Assembly (NCBI GenBank): GCA_964035545.1
Contig: OZ037773.1
Span: forward strand, 124,001 to 188,000
Direction: 5' to 3'
Source of the DNA: Bugula neritina
Lineage: Eukaryota; Animalia; Bryozoa
DNA: 64,000 nt
The position numbers were made by a program, and so were the translations under genes. The notes under the pieces were generated by a model. That model made no database searches, had not been told where the DNA came from, and saw nothing but the letters and a program-made list of their open reading frames with translations. This document shows positions 34,208-46,119 of the stretch, in pieces. The number at the start of each line of letters is the position of its first letter. The first letter of the stretch is position 1.

Positions 34208-37071
34208 CACAATTATCAAGCGTGGATTGCCTGCGTATTTAGTTTCAATTTAACTAGCAATTACCAACAGAGCTTGCGTACGATAACTTTTATTTAACTC
34301 GATAAACATAATTATAACAGTATATCAAAGCCACAATACATCAATCAATTATAAACACGTCTAGCTACTACGAGCCCCTGCTCTCAACACACATGGTTTC
34401 TGCTAGCTAACCCGCGAACAGTCACTTGACCGGAACCTTGCCTTCCGGTCCTTCTAATTGGGTAGTAGAACATGGTTATAAGTATTCCACGCAGGAGGGG
34501 ACAACTCCATTATTATGCTACGTAATCCCATTACACCGCCCCCACCAGCAGAAAGCCATACTTTCTGATAAAAACAGAAATAGTATAATAATGCAAAAAT
34601 AACATAAGTCAAGAAAATCCACAAAGAGAAAGAAGAGAAATACCAAATGTACGACATATATAAACACATAAGTAAGATAACGGATGGCCAGTGTACAACT
34701 GGCCAGCTATAAAGAGAGAGTCCTGGATCGTAGGTCATTAGCAGTCGAGCATTTACATGATCACAATGTAGTATCCCGGGAACATGCGGGGTGGAATTGT
34801 CAACTGTCAGCTCCTATTTTTGTAGGGACTGGATCCGGTGTCGTGCTTGCCGTGCACGTAGTCTACGCTTAAGGCGTCCCACTGAGCCCTTTTGTTCATT
34901 AAAGCTCACTGAAGTGCTGAGTAAGTCGGGTGCCAACTGGGTGAATTCATCCTGCAGCCGTAGGAGTCTTTCTTCGACGGTTGCTAGTCGGGTAGGCCTG
35001 GTTGGGGTTGGCGTCGCCTCTTCCGGGGAGTCTGATGCTTCCATGGGGGTATTGTCTAGCCGCGGTATGATTGCAGCGACCGTTTTCACCATAGGGGACT
35101 TCTGACGGGCGGCAGGTTAGCAGCCTCCGTCTGCCCAGGTCTTTCTGCACTTTGCCTTCGCCACCCTACTTCCTCAGTAGGGGGGGCCGTGCTTACTGAC
35201 CCGGCAGACTCCGCACTGCCCAACTCTGCGTTGTACTTCATGCTCCATGTTAGGCCAATACCACCAGAGTTGTAGTTCGATGAGCACCTGTTGGGCTCCC
35301 CCGTGAGCCTGTTGGTGTACCTCTTCTATCAACTCTTGGTGGATGGCGGCAGGACAGAGGGTCTTCTCTTGGTCTGGCTGGTGGTGGTTATCGGCCAAAG
35401 ATATAGTCAGTAGACCATCCGGCTCGATCCGCAGTGCGTTCCAACGTCGGCAGTACAGCTGCCACTCAGCGCAGCCCTGCTTCCGTTGTCTGTCACTGGG
35501 TCGTCGCCCTTCCCGTTTCATTCGATAGACGTCGGCTACCACCCCCGGAATAGTTTCCTGGAGGTGTCCTAGCTCCTTGACGCCATCGGTTGAGACAGGT
35601 TCGGCGTGGGGGTCCTGTGCCACTTTTGGGGGCATGTCAGGGTCCCCAAGGTGAGGTGTAGCCTCGGTTTTGTGTAATGACGTGGCCGTCTCTGGGCGCT
35701 GTTCGTCATCCACGCAACCGTCGGATGTTCTCCCACGGGTCTCCTGGCTGTGGGGTGAGGCAGTCCTTCGCCCGAAGGGCGGGTTCTCTAGAGGACTTTT
35801 CATCGCGGTTTCCCGCGATGGCCTGCTGTTATCTTCTTGAACAGAAGGAGTACAGCTTGGTGGAGAGGTGGGTGGTAGGCTCACTGGTTCTGAGGGGGAG
35901 TGGAGGCATGGCACCGAGGTCTTTCCTTTCCGTGTCAGCTGGTTAGAGCTGCGGACAGGTGGGACTTTCGGGTGCGCGCTCTCTACAGCTCCCAGCTTGG
36001 AGGTACGGCCACCGTCTACCTTGCGGTGGACGGTGCCCCGGGAGTGGCCGGGCATAGTACAGGTACGTACTACCAGCTCTTCTCCCGTTAGGGTATGGCC
36101 AAACTTATCGACACAGGCGAGCTCCCTGCCGCCCATAATCATCGCAGATTTACCAAAATCAATGCGACATCCGTGTCGTTGTAAGAATGGCATCCCAAGG
36201 ATGGCGTCCTCCTGGAGTTGTCCTACAATGAACCTCTCCTGGATGGTCTGGTTACAGACGCTCCCAGGGAGTTCAATGATACCGTAGAAGGGGATGCACG
36301 ACCCGTCTGCCAGGGTGCCATGATCGCCTTCGTACGGTAGCCTTTGAAGACGGGCCCGCGCATCCACAGCGGAGATACCAAAACGGGCCCGCAGGGAAGC
36401 AAAGATGCCATCAATGTCTGGTCTCATTCCGTATGGCTTGGCTTTGTCTGACAGCGCCGTCCTGAGCTTGAGCAATGCTATTCTAGGTGGCCATTGTGCA
36501 ACCTCCATTACATCTTGGAATTCCTGAACGAATTGATCCACCGGCTCTTCACCTGAGAAGGTGGGTACCCTCAGCCGGTACTTCTCTTCGTAACATTCCC
36601 TATGTACTCGCACTTCTGGTTCTATAGGTATAGCAATGTTATCTTCCTCACCTTCATTCCTCCGAAGGGGTAGCTCTGTGCCTCTTTCTGTCATCTTGAA
36701 ATACGCGAAATCCCACCGCTGCCACCACTGTTGTGAGTTTTAGCACAATTATCAAGCGTGGATTGCCTGCGTATTTAGTTTCAATTTAACTAGCAATTAC
36801 CAACAGAGCTTGCGTACGATAAACTTTATTTAACTCGATAAACATAATTATAACAGTATATCAAAGCCACAATACATCAATCAATTATAAACACGTCTAG
36901 CTACTACGAGCCCCTGCTCTCAACACACATGGTTTCTGCTAGCTAACCCGCGAACAGTCACTTGACCGGAACTTTGCCTTCCGGTCCTTCTGATTGGGTA
37001 GTAGAACATGGTTATAAGTATTCCACGCAGGAGGGGACAACTCCATTATTATGCTACGTAATCCCATTACA
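34199..37071 (-). mobile_element. Further-deleted copy E (2.87 kb) of the A/D family
   Basis: LTRs 34199-34535 (terminal ~6 nt missing) and 36729-37071; PBS 36710-36727; PPT-like tract 34536-34551. Fused gag-protease ORF 35174-36694 and 3' half of ORF3 at 34814-35110. Confidence 0.9.
35174..36694 (-). CDS. In-frame Gag N-terminus / protease C-terminus / integrase HHCC fusion (506 aa)
   Basis: Junction ARLQRL|PYEGDHG at ~36338 removes the knuckle, the frameshift site and the catalytic DTG. Confidence 0.6.
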   Translation of the reverse strand: MTERGTELPLRRNEGEEDNIAIPIEPEVRVHRECYEEKYRLRVPTFSGEEPVDQFVQEFQDVMEVAQWPPRIALLKLRTALSDKAKPYGMRPDIDGIFASLRARFGISAVDARARLQRLPYEGDHGTLADGSCIPFYGIIELPGSVCNQTIQERFIVGQLQEDAILGMPFLQRHGCRIDFGKSAMIMGGRELACVDKFGHTLTGEELVVRTCTMPGHSRGTVHRKVDGGRTSKLGAVESAHPKVPPVRSSNQLTRKGKTSVPCLHSPSEPVSLPPTSPPSCTPSVQEDNSRPSRETAMKSPLENPPFGRRTASPHSQETRGRTSDGCVDDEQRPETATSLHKTEATPHLGDPDMPPKVAQDPHAEPVSTDGVKELGHLQETIPGVVADVYRMKREGRRPSDRQRKQGCAEWQLYCRRWNALRIEPDGLLTISLADNHHQPDQEKTLCPAAIHQELIEEVHQQAHGGAQQVLIELQLWWYWPNMEHEVQRRVGQCGVCRVSKHGPPY

Positions 37072-38269
37072 GTATTTCTTTTAACTCTGTAGTGTTTATC
37101 ACTCCGAAGCTAATCTGGTAATTAGTAATTTTAGTCAACATTTAGAAGCTCGCCTTTTCAGCATTTATGCCTACTTGGCAGACAATTTTACAATCTTTTA
37201 AAGAGACAAACAGGCTAGCAGAGAAACTAGTGAACAGACAGACTCTCAGAGGAACTAATGTAATTGGTTGATGCTCTATTATGTGTTTGTATCCAGTAAT
37301 TTGTTTGTTGATGTAATGGTAAGTGCAATAAGACTTGCTCTGACACAGTCTGAGAGTAATGAGATTGGTTACAGGAGTTGCACCATGTGACAATGAACTA
37401 GAAGAAGCAGATTCGCGTGCGCTGTTGATGCACTATGCCGGGATGAGTGTAATGTGCAGACAAGCTATCATGGCCGTGGCCAGGTGAGCCTAGAATGCAC
37501 AAAGTTGCAGGTTTTACCTATAAACAATCATACAGATCGCTTTGTTCTAACTTCAACTGCACTTGAAGCAATATGCACTGAGTTATACTACTTCATAGAC
37601 GTTCAACCCTGTTTTATGATAGGTTTTTTCTCAATAAGGTGGCATTTGGTAAAATATCTATCCGTTTGAATCTTTTGTTAAGCTAAGGTATCATCTTCTA
37701 CAATTATGTTTTCTAAGTCCAACTTTTAGAAGTTGTTTTTCCTAGATTATGCTGTCTCCCATTATACAAAAAATGAACAACTTCAGTCTGTTAGTTATTT
37801 TCATTTAATTTTTGACTGTTTAGTTTTTTAATTGTCTATGGGCTCGAGAAAACCTCTGCTATATCATGTGATATATCATGTCATATACTATATTATAGTG
37901 TATTATAGGATACACACTGCATGTGAAACATGCTTTTTCTGTTGCGTAGATATGCTGTAGACAAAGGTATAGTAAAGAGGGTATATTATCCTAGTGGTAC
38001 TTCAGTAAACATCCATTGTCTCTGTGGACTGGTTAAAACTACAGTACTAACAGATAATAGTTTTACGTTCATATCAGTGCCCTCATTTGTTGCAATCAGT
38101 GGACTAGATCTCTGGCTACCCTGTGGTCGCCAGGCCAAGGTTAGATCATTACTTTCATTGCATCATCATGATGTGTTCGTTTACCACAATTTTAATTTTC
38201 AGGTCGAGATTAGGATCAGTAGATATACACAGAGGAGGAGATAACTTAAGACTCTATAATATATAGTTG

Positions 38270-39610
38270 CAGTTAGACCTTTATGAGCCACTGGAAAGTT
38301 GTCGGGGCGGACATAAGCCTGAATGGCAGTACTTTTCATTTCCAGAGCCCATCGCGGGTAATAAATGCTGCTTTGTCCTGGGCATCAAAACTGATGGGCA
38401 CCTCCCAGTACCCGCTCAGCAGATCCAAAGTACTAAAGTACTTGCTACTCGCGAGGGCATCCAGAGACTCATCTATTCGTGGGAAAGGGCAGGCGTTATA
38501 AATGAGAACACTGTTGAGTTTGCGGTAGTTCACACAGAACTTCCAGTTATCATCCTTCTTCTTGACCAGGACTACTGGAGAGCTCCATGCACCGTGAGCA
38601 GGCTCAATCAGGTTCCAGTCGAAAAGATTTTGTACCTGTCGGCTCACCTCGTTCTCCGGGTCTAAACCCCGGGTTGGCTGCCTGATGCGAGCGGTGCCGG
38701 CTGCCAGGAGTATCTCATGCGAGATAACCTTAGTCAGCCCCATATCTCCATCGCCTCGATTGAAAACATCACTGTACTCCATGAGTAGTTGAGCCAGTAC
38801 TTGGCCTTCAGTACTGCTCGTACAGTTGCCACATGCTCCACCATACAGGTCAGCCAAGTGCTCTGGGACTGCTCCTCGACTGGCACAAGGGGGGTTTTCC
38901 TGGGTGTCAGCCACTGTCTCAGTGCCGCCCCCACATCCGCTTCTTGAATGGGGTGGTACTTCCCCACCAGCGCTCCAGCCGATAATCAGACACGTTTCGT
39001 GAAGAGGTTGATACACTGCACGAGGAGCTCTCTCTGACAGCCTAGTCGATTCAGGCTGTTTGCCAGTCGGATTGCTCCGTGCGTTCCCTCCACCACTCCC
39101 AGACTTGAGATCTCCTCGCAGTTGACCCTGCAGCAAAGAGTAGCCTAAGATCTTCCCAAAACCGTGCAGTCCTGCACTACTTAGACTCCGAAGGCCTGCC
39201 AAACTCTTCAACACAGACAAGTTCCCTCCTAGCCATCACCACCGCCGACTTTTGGAAACCCATGTGACACTGGTGTTTCTCCAGAAATGGCATCCCAGGA
39301 TGGCGTCCTCCTCCAGCTGGCTGACTATGAACGTCCCTTGAATCACCTGATCAGGGACACGTTCAGGTAGTGTGATGATGCTGTAGAAAAGAATACATGA
39401 TTCGTTCACCAACGTACCATGTGCACCTTTGTACAGCTCTAGGCTCGCTCTTGGGCACCAAGAGTGTCATAGAGACGCCTACTCAGCAGGTTTGTAGTGC
39501 ACCCAGTATCCAGTAGGAATGTGGCAGCTTTACTTAGTTAATCTCTGGGGGAGACACAACCTTCGTCTACACAGCGGGCCTCCTCTTCGTCTTAGAGACA
39601 ACCGGGTAAG
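38270..39610 (-). pseudogene. pol: Older Gypsy pol remnant (protease to RT N-terminus)
   Basis: FLLDTGCTTNLL near 39480-39520; WSSPVVLVKKKD...CVNYRKLN...LDLLSGYW in ORF 38336-39220. Confidence 0.85.
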
Positions 39611-40224
39611 CTAAATCTTCCTTCACAACTTCCTTGGGCAACCTCGCGAATTGGTTGGGAGTGGCAAGGCCGGAGGATTGGATAGACCTTTACAGTCTCC
39701 GAGGTCTCCGAGTTTTGGGGTAGAATGAAAATAAGTGGGGAGCATAACTTCAATATAGTAAAAACAAGAGGTGTTGTAGTCTCCAAGAGTATAAATCTTT
39801 ATTGCGTAGTGGATGCTTTAATAGGTAGTTCGTATCAGGCGAGCTCCAATAGCAGACTGAATCTACACTGTGAGGTCGCCTTTTTTTATAGAAAAAAAGT
39901 TAGAGTAACGATTTACAGAGCAAAAAAAAAGTATACAGAGAAGAATGAATAATTCAATACCCAGGCCAAGAGTTTAGCTATAATAATAATCTTTGAAGGC
40001 ATTCATAAAAGCTACACAGAGAATACTATTATAAAAATGATGCAATAGTTATTGTATTCTTACTTACTTGACTTACTTGACTTACTTGAAGATGCAATCA
40101 CGTTAGACCACTATATTAGTGTAAGCGACGTGCCTCGTTTGGTGAACAGAATTATTAAATGTAGTTAATACTTTTATCGCATAAGTGCAGTTCTGATTTA
40201 AGACTTTGGTGCCAGTACAGGGCC

Positions 40225-43032
40225 TTATGAGTCCTGTCTGTGAGCAGCATTTGATGTTATTTTCATATCACGTATTGTTCTGGGTAGGAAGCTGGCATGA
40301 AATAGTGAGGTGTTAGTTCTAAAAGTGGTGGGCATGCCATTTGACTGGGACCTGGTGGTAACTGATGTAGTGGGCTGATCGATGAGGTGTTCATACGACT
40401 TTGAGAGTGAAGGATGATATTCCTCTTTGGCCAGGATCCGCATCAAGAGACTAAATCGTAGGTCTTTGCGCCTGTTTTGCAGGGGGGTTAATCCAAGCCT
40501 AGATCTTGCCTCATCTGAGCCAACCCTGCCTTTAATACCTGCCACAAATCTCACAGCCTGCTCTTGCACTTGCTCAATATCTACTACAGCCTTCTTGGAG
40601 CTCGGGTCCCACACAGCAGCAGCATATTCTAGGTGAGGACGACACAGGGCTTTGTATGCTATTAACTTCGCCTTTTCTGGTGCCCAATACAGTGCCCTTT
40701 TAATCATCTCGAGTTGTCGTTTTGCTGTGAGTAATTTCTGCTGGATATGCATGTCGAACTTCAGGTCTGATTGTATTGTGACACCAAGATACAACGCGTG
40801 GTCAACAACTGCGAGAGTCTGGCCTCCAAGTGAATAGTTATGTGTGAATTTTTTGTTACTAAAGATGATGTTCTTGCTTTGTTTCACATTGAAAGACATA
40901 CCCATCCTACATGCCCAGGAGTCCAAAGAGTTCAGGTTGTGCTGAAAACGGGCTGTGTCCTGCTGGCTTGTGATGGTCTGGTACATTAAGGTGTCGTCTG
41001 CAAATAGGGCGACTGGGCAATCTACCTCGTTTGGAAGGTCATTGATAAATATCAGGAAAAGCACAGGCCCGAGAACTGATCCCTGAGGTACCCCTGACGA
41101 AACTGGGAGACTGCTTGACACCTTACCATTAAGTATCACCCGCTGGGACCTATCAGTAAGGAAGTTATGTATCCAGTGGAGTATATGTGTGTCAATTGTT
41201 CCGATCCTGGAGATTTTTTCCATTAGAAGTGCATGCGGCACCTTGTCAAAGGCTTTTGTGAAGTCAAGCACCGCAGCATGAGTGCTCAAGCCTTTATCTG
41301 CCACACTGAGAATATCATGCATGGTGGCACAGAGTTGTGTCTCACATGATAGCCCTTTTCTAAAGCCGTGCTGTCTGCTGTGGAGGAAACCATCTATTTT
41401 CTCTAGTAAAATACCAAGAACAATGTGCTCTAGTAGCTTACATGGAATGCTAGTTAGGGAGATTGGCCTATAGTTATTGGCAGAGCTCCTGTCACCACTC
41501 TTGAAGATAGGGGTGACATTGGCAGATTTCCAACTGTCAGGGAGTTCACCATGCTGTAGGGACTTGTTATAGATCTGGGTCAGGCATTCTGCAGTCAGAT
41601 GTGTATCAATTGTAAGGTCAGCTTTACGTAGTTGGTCTGGCCCTGGAGCTTTCCCATTTTTAAGGCCTGCCAGTAGCTTCTTCACTCCCTCGATTTCAAT
41701 ATGGGTGGTGGGTTCATTAGCATGTGTCTTTGGTAGCTTTTGAAGCTGGTGTCCACTGTTGAATTGCTTGTGAAAGTGGTTATTTAGGATATCTGCACAC
41801 TCCACGGCATCATCTGTGGACGAGTTGTTTGGCTTGGTTAGACGAATGAGCTGTTTACTAGTTCGCGTACCCTTTAGGTGTTTGTAAAATGGTCTGCAGT
41901 TGCCTTCAGCCAGAGGTTTGCATATGCGTGACTCCAAATATGCCTTCTTGTGCTGTCGCATATTTTTCTTTGCCTGCTTTCTGTACTGCGCATATAACTT
42001 ATGATCAAAAGGGTCACCTGTCTTTTTAAATCTGTTATATAGGGAACGCTGCTTTTTAACCATTTTCCGGCTATCCTGGTTAAACCACATTGGTTCAGCA
42101 TCGTTTGGTGATCTCCGAGTTTTCTTGGGAACATACTTATTAACTGCTTCCCGTAGACCTGCTGTGAAAAACTCCCACATTGCATTGACATCATCTAAAT
42201 CTGAGAGTTTATGTTTGATTTCCTGCAGAGTGTGCTGAAAGCTGCCAAGGTCAACCTCATTGTACGCTTTAAATGTGTATTTTGACCTGTTCTTGTTTGC
42301 ACGAGAGGAAATGTTGGCTGTCAAAATGAAGTGGTCACTTAGCCCAGGGCGAATAACATTGGCATCTACTACTTGGTTTGGTCTGTTGGAGCATATTAGG
42401 TCTAGAGTGTTACCATGTATATGGGTCGGCCCAGTAATAAGTTGGTCAAGGTTATGTTGTGCTAGTATTGACAAGAATTCCAAATTAGGTGTTTTGTTAT
42501 GAGACAGTGGTTTTACTCTGGGGCCAGTCCAGTCAATACCTGGCATGTTCATATCACCAATTAGTAGCAGGTGATCATTTGGATATTTTATTGTAACTTC
42601 CTCCAAGACTCCATGCAGTGGGCCAAGATCCCTGGCAGTTGGGGGTCTGTAGTAGCATCCTATAAGCAGGGACTGATAAATACGGATGAAGATGATCTCA
42701 ATGTTACTTGCATTGTTGCAAGAAACCTGTTCCACAGAAATCACATCATTGATGGCCAACAAAACCCCACCCCCATGTACATCTCGGTCTTTCCTAAAAA
42801 TGATTTTGTTTTGGTAATCAAAGATTTGATGGTCAAAGATTGTATGGTCCAGGTGAGTTTCAGTCAGACAGATGATGTCGTAATCATGGGTATCAGCAGA
42901 GAGCTCTTCAGTTTTACCTTTGGCTGACCTTATGTTCGTGGCAAATATTTTTAAACTGTCATTAAGTTGGAATTCTGTGGAGTTGGGCTGTGCTGGTTGT
43001 TTGAGTGGAGACCTATGCTCACTTCCCTCCAT
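40225..43032 (-). CDS. LINE ORF2: APE endonuclease plus reverse transcriptase (935 aa, uninterrupted)
   Basis: EN motifs LTETHL, GDMN, LDLI, SDH; RT motifs YRPISL, QHGFR, LDFTKAFD, GVPQGSVLGP, FADD. Confidence 0.95.
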   Translation of the reverse strand: MEGSEHRSPLKQPAQPNSTEFQLNDSLKIFATNIRSAKGKTEELSADTHDYDIICLTETHLDHTIFDHQIFDYQNKIIFRKDRDVHGGGVLLAINDVISVEQVSCNNASNIEIIFIRIYQSLLIGCYYRPPTARDLGPLHGVLEEVTIKYPNDHLLLIGDMNMPGIDWTGPRVKPLSHNKTPNLEFLSILAQHNLDQLITGPTHIHGNTLDLICSNRPNQVVDANVIRPGLSDHFILTANISSRANKNRSKYTFKAYNEVDLGSFQHTLQEIKHKLSDLDDVNAMWEFFTAGLREAVNKYVPKKTRRSPNDAEPMWFNQDSRKMVKKQRSLYNRFKKTGDPFDHKLYAQYRKQAKKNMRQHKKAYLESRICKPLAEGNCRPFYKHLKGTRTSKQLIRLTKPNNSSTDDAVECADILNNHFHKQFNSGHQLQKLPKTHANEPTTHIEIEGVKKLLAGLKNGKAPGPDQLRKADLTIDTHLTAECLTQIYNKSLQHGELPDSWKSANVTPIFKSGDRSSANNYRPISLTSIPCKLLEHIVLGILLEKIDGFLHSRQHGFRKGLSCETQLCATMHDILSVADKGLSTHAAVLDFTKAFDKVPHALLMEKISRIGTIDTHILHWIHNFLTDRSQRVILNGKVSSSLPVSSGVPQGSVLGPVLFLIFINDLPNEVDCPVALFADDTLMYQTITSQQDTARFQHNLNSLDSWACRMGMSFNVKQSKNIIFSNKKFTHNYSLGGQTLAVVDHALYLGVTIQSDLKFDMHIQQKLLTAKRQLEMIKRALYWAPEKAKLIAYKALCRPHLEYAAAVWDPSSKKAVVDIEQVQEQAVRFVAGIKGRVGSDEARSRLGLTPLQNRRKDLRFSLLMRILAKEEYHPSLSKSYEHLIDQPTTSVTTRSQSNGMPTTFRTNTSLFHASFLPRTIRDMKITSNAAHRQDS

Positions 43033-43570
43033 TCCCCCGAGACAGGATCTTTCTTTTGTATTTTCAGACTTCTTATCCTGTATTCTCCATCAGTATCAGG
43101 GCTATGCTTTAGATCTCTAATTCGCTGACGTAATGCATATTGTTCTTCTCTTTTTTCCTTACTTTCATCTGGCTTGACAAACACATTGAACGATCTTAGA
43201 GAGGCATTCGCTCTTTTAATGAATTCCCACTTACTTGCCTCGCTGGTAAATTCCACTTTGATAGGTCGGGGTCTGTTTGGATCTACAGGTCCACTTGTTC
43301 GAAGTCTTATAGCACTTTTTGGTTGCCGATCAGGTTGGGCATCGCTGTGTTGGAAGCAGTAGTTTTTCATTAGGTCTTTTACTTGATTCAGTGCAGTCAT
43401 TTCTTCTTTTTCCTCAATCCCATAGACAATAGCATTGTTTTTCCTTGCTTCGTGCTGATTTGTTTCGAGGTGTTTCTGGAGAATGGCCTGAGCACTCCTG
43501 TTAATCTCTTGTGTTTTTCGCATACCCTCATCATTGGTTTTAACAGCTTCTGCATACACAGTTGGTTTAA

Positions 43571-46119
43571 GGTCATACTTTTCATTTTCTGGCTCTTTGC
43601 CAGGTGCTTTATGTTCTATATGAACAATGTTCCACTGATAGCTCGAACAGGTTGAATGTCACAAGAACAAAAAAAATATGAAAAGATAAAGAAACTTATG
43701 TTCTCCAATATACTTTTTTATTTTTTTCAAAAGCCAATTCATGTTTAAGTTATAGCGTGTTGAAAAATATAGTCCCCCTTCCACATTCTTTTTAATTTAT
43801 ACGCTCCTGACTTGTTATTGTGTCTCAATATGCCTTGTATTTGAGTGCTCGTTAGTCTCGCTTCACTAACTTTGCCTATACTTCACAAGTGCCAGTGCTG
43901 CTGGCTCAAAAGCTAAATGTTATAAACTGTCAGCTAAAACCCAATCTTGTATTCCTAGGTTGGTTGGCCTAAATAAAACGATAATCAAATCATGATTTCA
44001 TGTTTTAAAAATTTACTCTATTCTAACCTGCTGCCTAGCTAGTTCTATTTTTGATGTATAATTACAGAATTTGTGAAACATTTTTTCGGCAACCATCCTA
44101 GTTATAAAATGCAGTAATGGTACTTATAATATTATATTATTATCATTATAATATATTATATTATAGTATTATGTGTGTTTTTATTATACTGCATAATATA
44201 TATTTTATTATTGTTGTTGTGCAAACAAGTGCAATTAACCTAGTTTTCAAAATTTACCTCTAAATTATCAGAATATCAGTTTAGATATTTTCATGCTTTG
44301 TTAGGTAAACCTAAAAAAAGAGGCTGTATTCCCAAAGTAAAGGGTGTTGAACTATGAACTATATTAGATTAGCCACATTTGCTACCAAGTGCATCAGTAT
44401 AATATTATATGAATAGCTCTGATGCTTTGTCTCCGGTGGCTGGCTGCGATATGATAACTTGGCCAACTTCCAAGAGTTTAAAATTGGCGCAATTATTCAA
44501 GAGGTTACATACTGCACAGAGCTAGCAGTGATAGTAACCTTGCTATTGACAGTACTTATTACAACTGCCAGCATATAAGCTGCATTGTAGAATGCCGTTG
44601 GGGTAGGCTAGTGAAATTAAATTCTGCTCTCTAATATACCTTAGACACAATGCAGCAACATAATTTTTAGTTTCAAATTACATTGCCACCCTTACATGAG
44701 CTGTGGGCTTCATAAAGATTCATATGATTAGAGATTTATGCTATAGGCCCTACCTGTGCTAGTGCATGATGAAAATAACACACCATTGTCAAAGTTAACT
44801 TCAAGTATGTTGTTTTCCAGAAACTCAGTATTGTTGATTTATCTCTCGCATACAAATACTCATGTAATACCATACAGTTTAAGTTTTATTTTAGAGCACA
44901 TCGGCAAACTCTACAATAAGACCTTGCTTTATTAGTCTATTTCAGACCTGTTTTTGTAGCTAGTAATACGCAAGCTACTTATTTTTAAACTGTTGGGTTA
45001 TTTGTTCAAAACCATTAGCTTTGCTAGTAACCAGAGGCTATTGCAACAGTTCACTGCTAATCAACATGAATTGACAGCCTAATAATTATAACCCATTTGC
45101 GCGCGAAATATTTATGTACTCATAGTTACTCATATAGTTGGCAATTTATTAACGATGACTGCGTGGTCCAGAGGTTATAGGCGGCGGCGAGAAGTTGGTT
45201 GGTCATGGTTCAATCCCAGTATGTTGCAATTTTTTTTGTCAACTTATGCAAATCCTATGCATGTATAATAAATATGGCTATAATTTTAAAGGTTTTTTAA
45301 CTTTTGTTCAACAGTAAGACAACATACATGCATAATACTTAGCTACTGAACACTGGGCTAAACTTTAAATTGATCTTATAGAATACAATGTACTTGAAAT
45401 AATCATATGTGAATTAGAGAAACTGGAAGTACACCTGCTGCAATATAGACAGACCTTTACTGACAAGACTGCAAAGTGAAGTGATTTAGCTGAAATTAAC
45501 TCTGCCAAACAAACAAAGAATTATGTTGTGCTGAGGCATTGTCAATAGATTGTAACATAATGAGATGATTCAGCTAAGTGCTAATGTAAAACAGGGAACA
45601 TTATATTGGCAGAAATCCAATAGATTGCCAATTTGTGCGAGAGGGTACTATATGTTATTGTGATAGCGCGCAGAGCAGCAAACGTACTAGGGATGTTATA
45701 ATTAGTCACAGGAGCGTAGCTAGAACCACCATATGAAGAATTTAGAAAATTGCAGTGAAACTTGCATAATGGTGTATGTTTTTACCAAATTGTGAAGAGC
45801 ATAAACAGAATTTTAAAAAACAAAGAAAGTATATTAGAGAAAACATATCAAGGAATGTCAAGTTTAACTTTTAGACTTTATAAAATAAATCCCCTGTGCT
45901 ACAGCAGTGGAACATGGAGGGTGTAAAATTTTACTTATTATGCAACAACTTTCTCAGAAAATTTTTTATTGAAAAATTAAAAAAGTATATGAAAGAGGAA
46001 TGCAAGAGCTATCTTTTCATGTAAAATTTATTAATGTGAGACAAAAACTGTTCGAGCTATCCCCTGGAAACCATTTATATATAACATAAAGCAGTGCTTG
46101 AATCTGGAAAGTAATGACC
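43571..46119. mobile_element. Non-autonomous Kolobok-like DNA transposon (2549 bp)
   Basis: TTAA on both sides (43567-43570 and 46120-46123), GG...CC termini, imperfect TIRs of ~75 bp including GATAGCTCGAACAG; no transposase ORF. Confidence 0.72.
45157..45238 (+). mobile_element. tRNA-derived SINE-like sequence
   Basis: A-box TGGTCCAGAGG, B-box GGTTCAATCCC, followed by a T-run. Confidence 0.4.

Noticed and set aside
45157-45238. Functional tRNA genes (also 28557-28625)
   Set aside because: A and B boxes are present but there is no consistent cloverleaf; treated as SINE-like.
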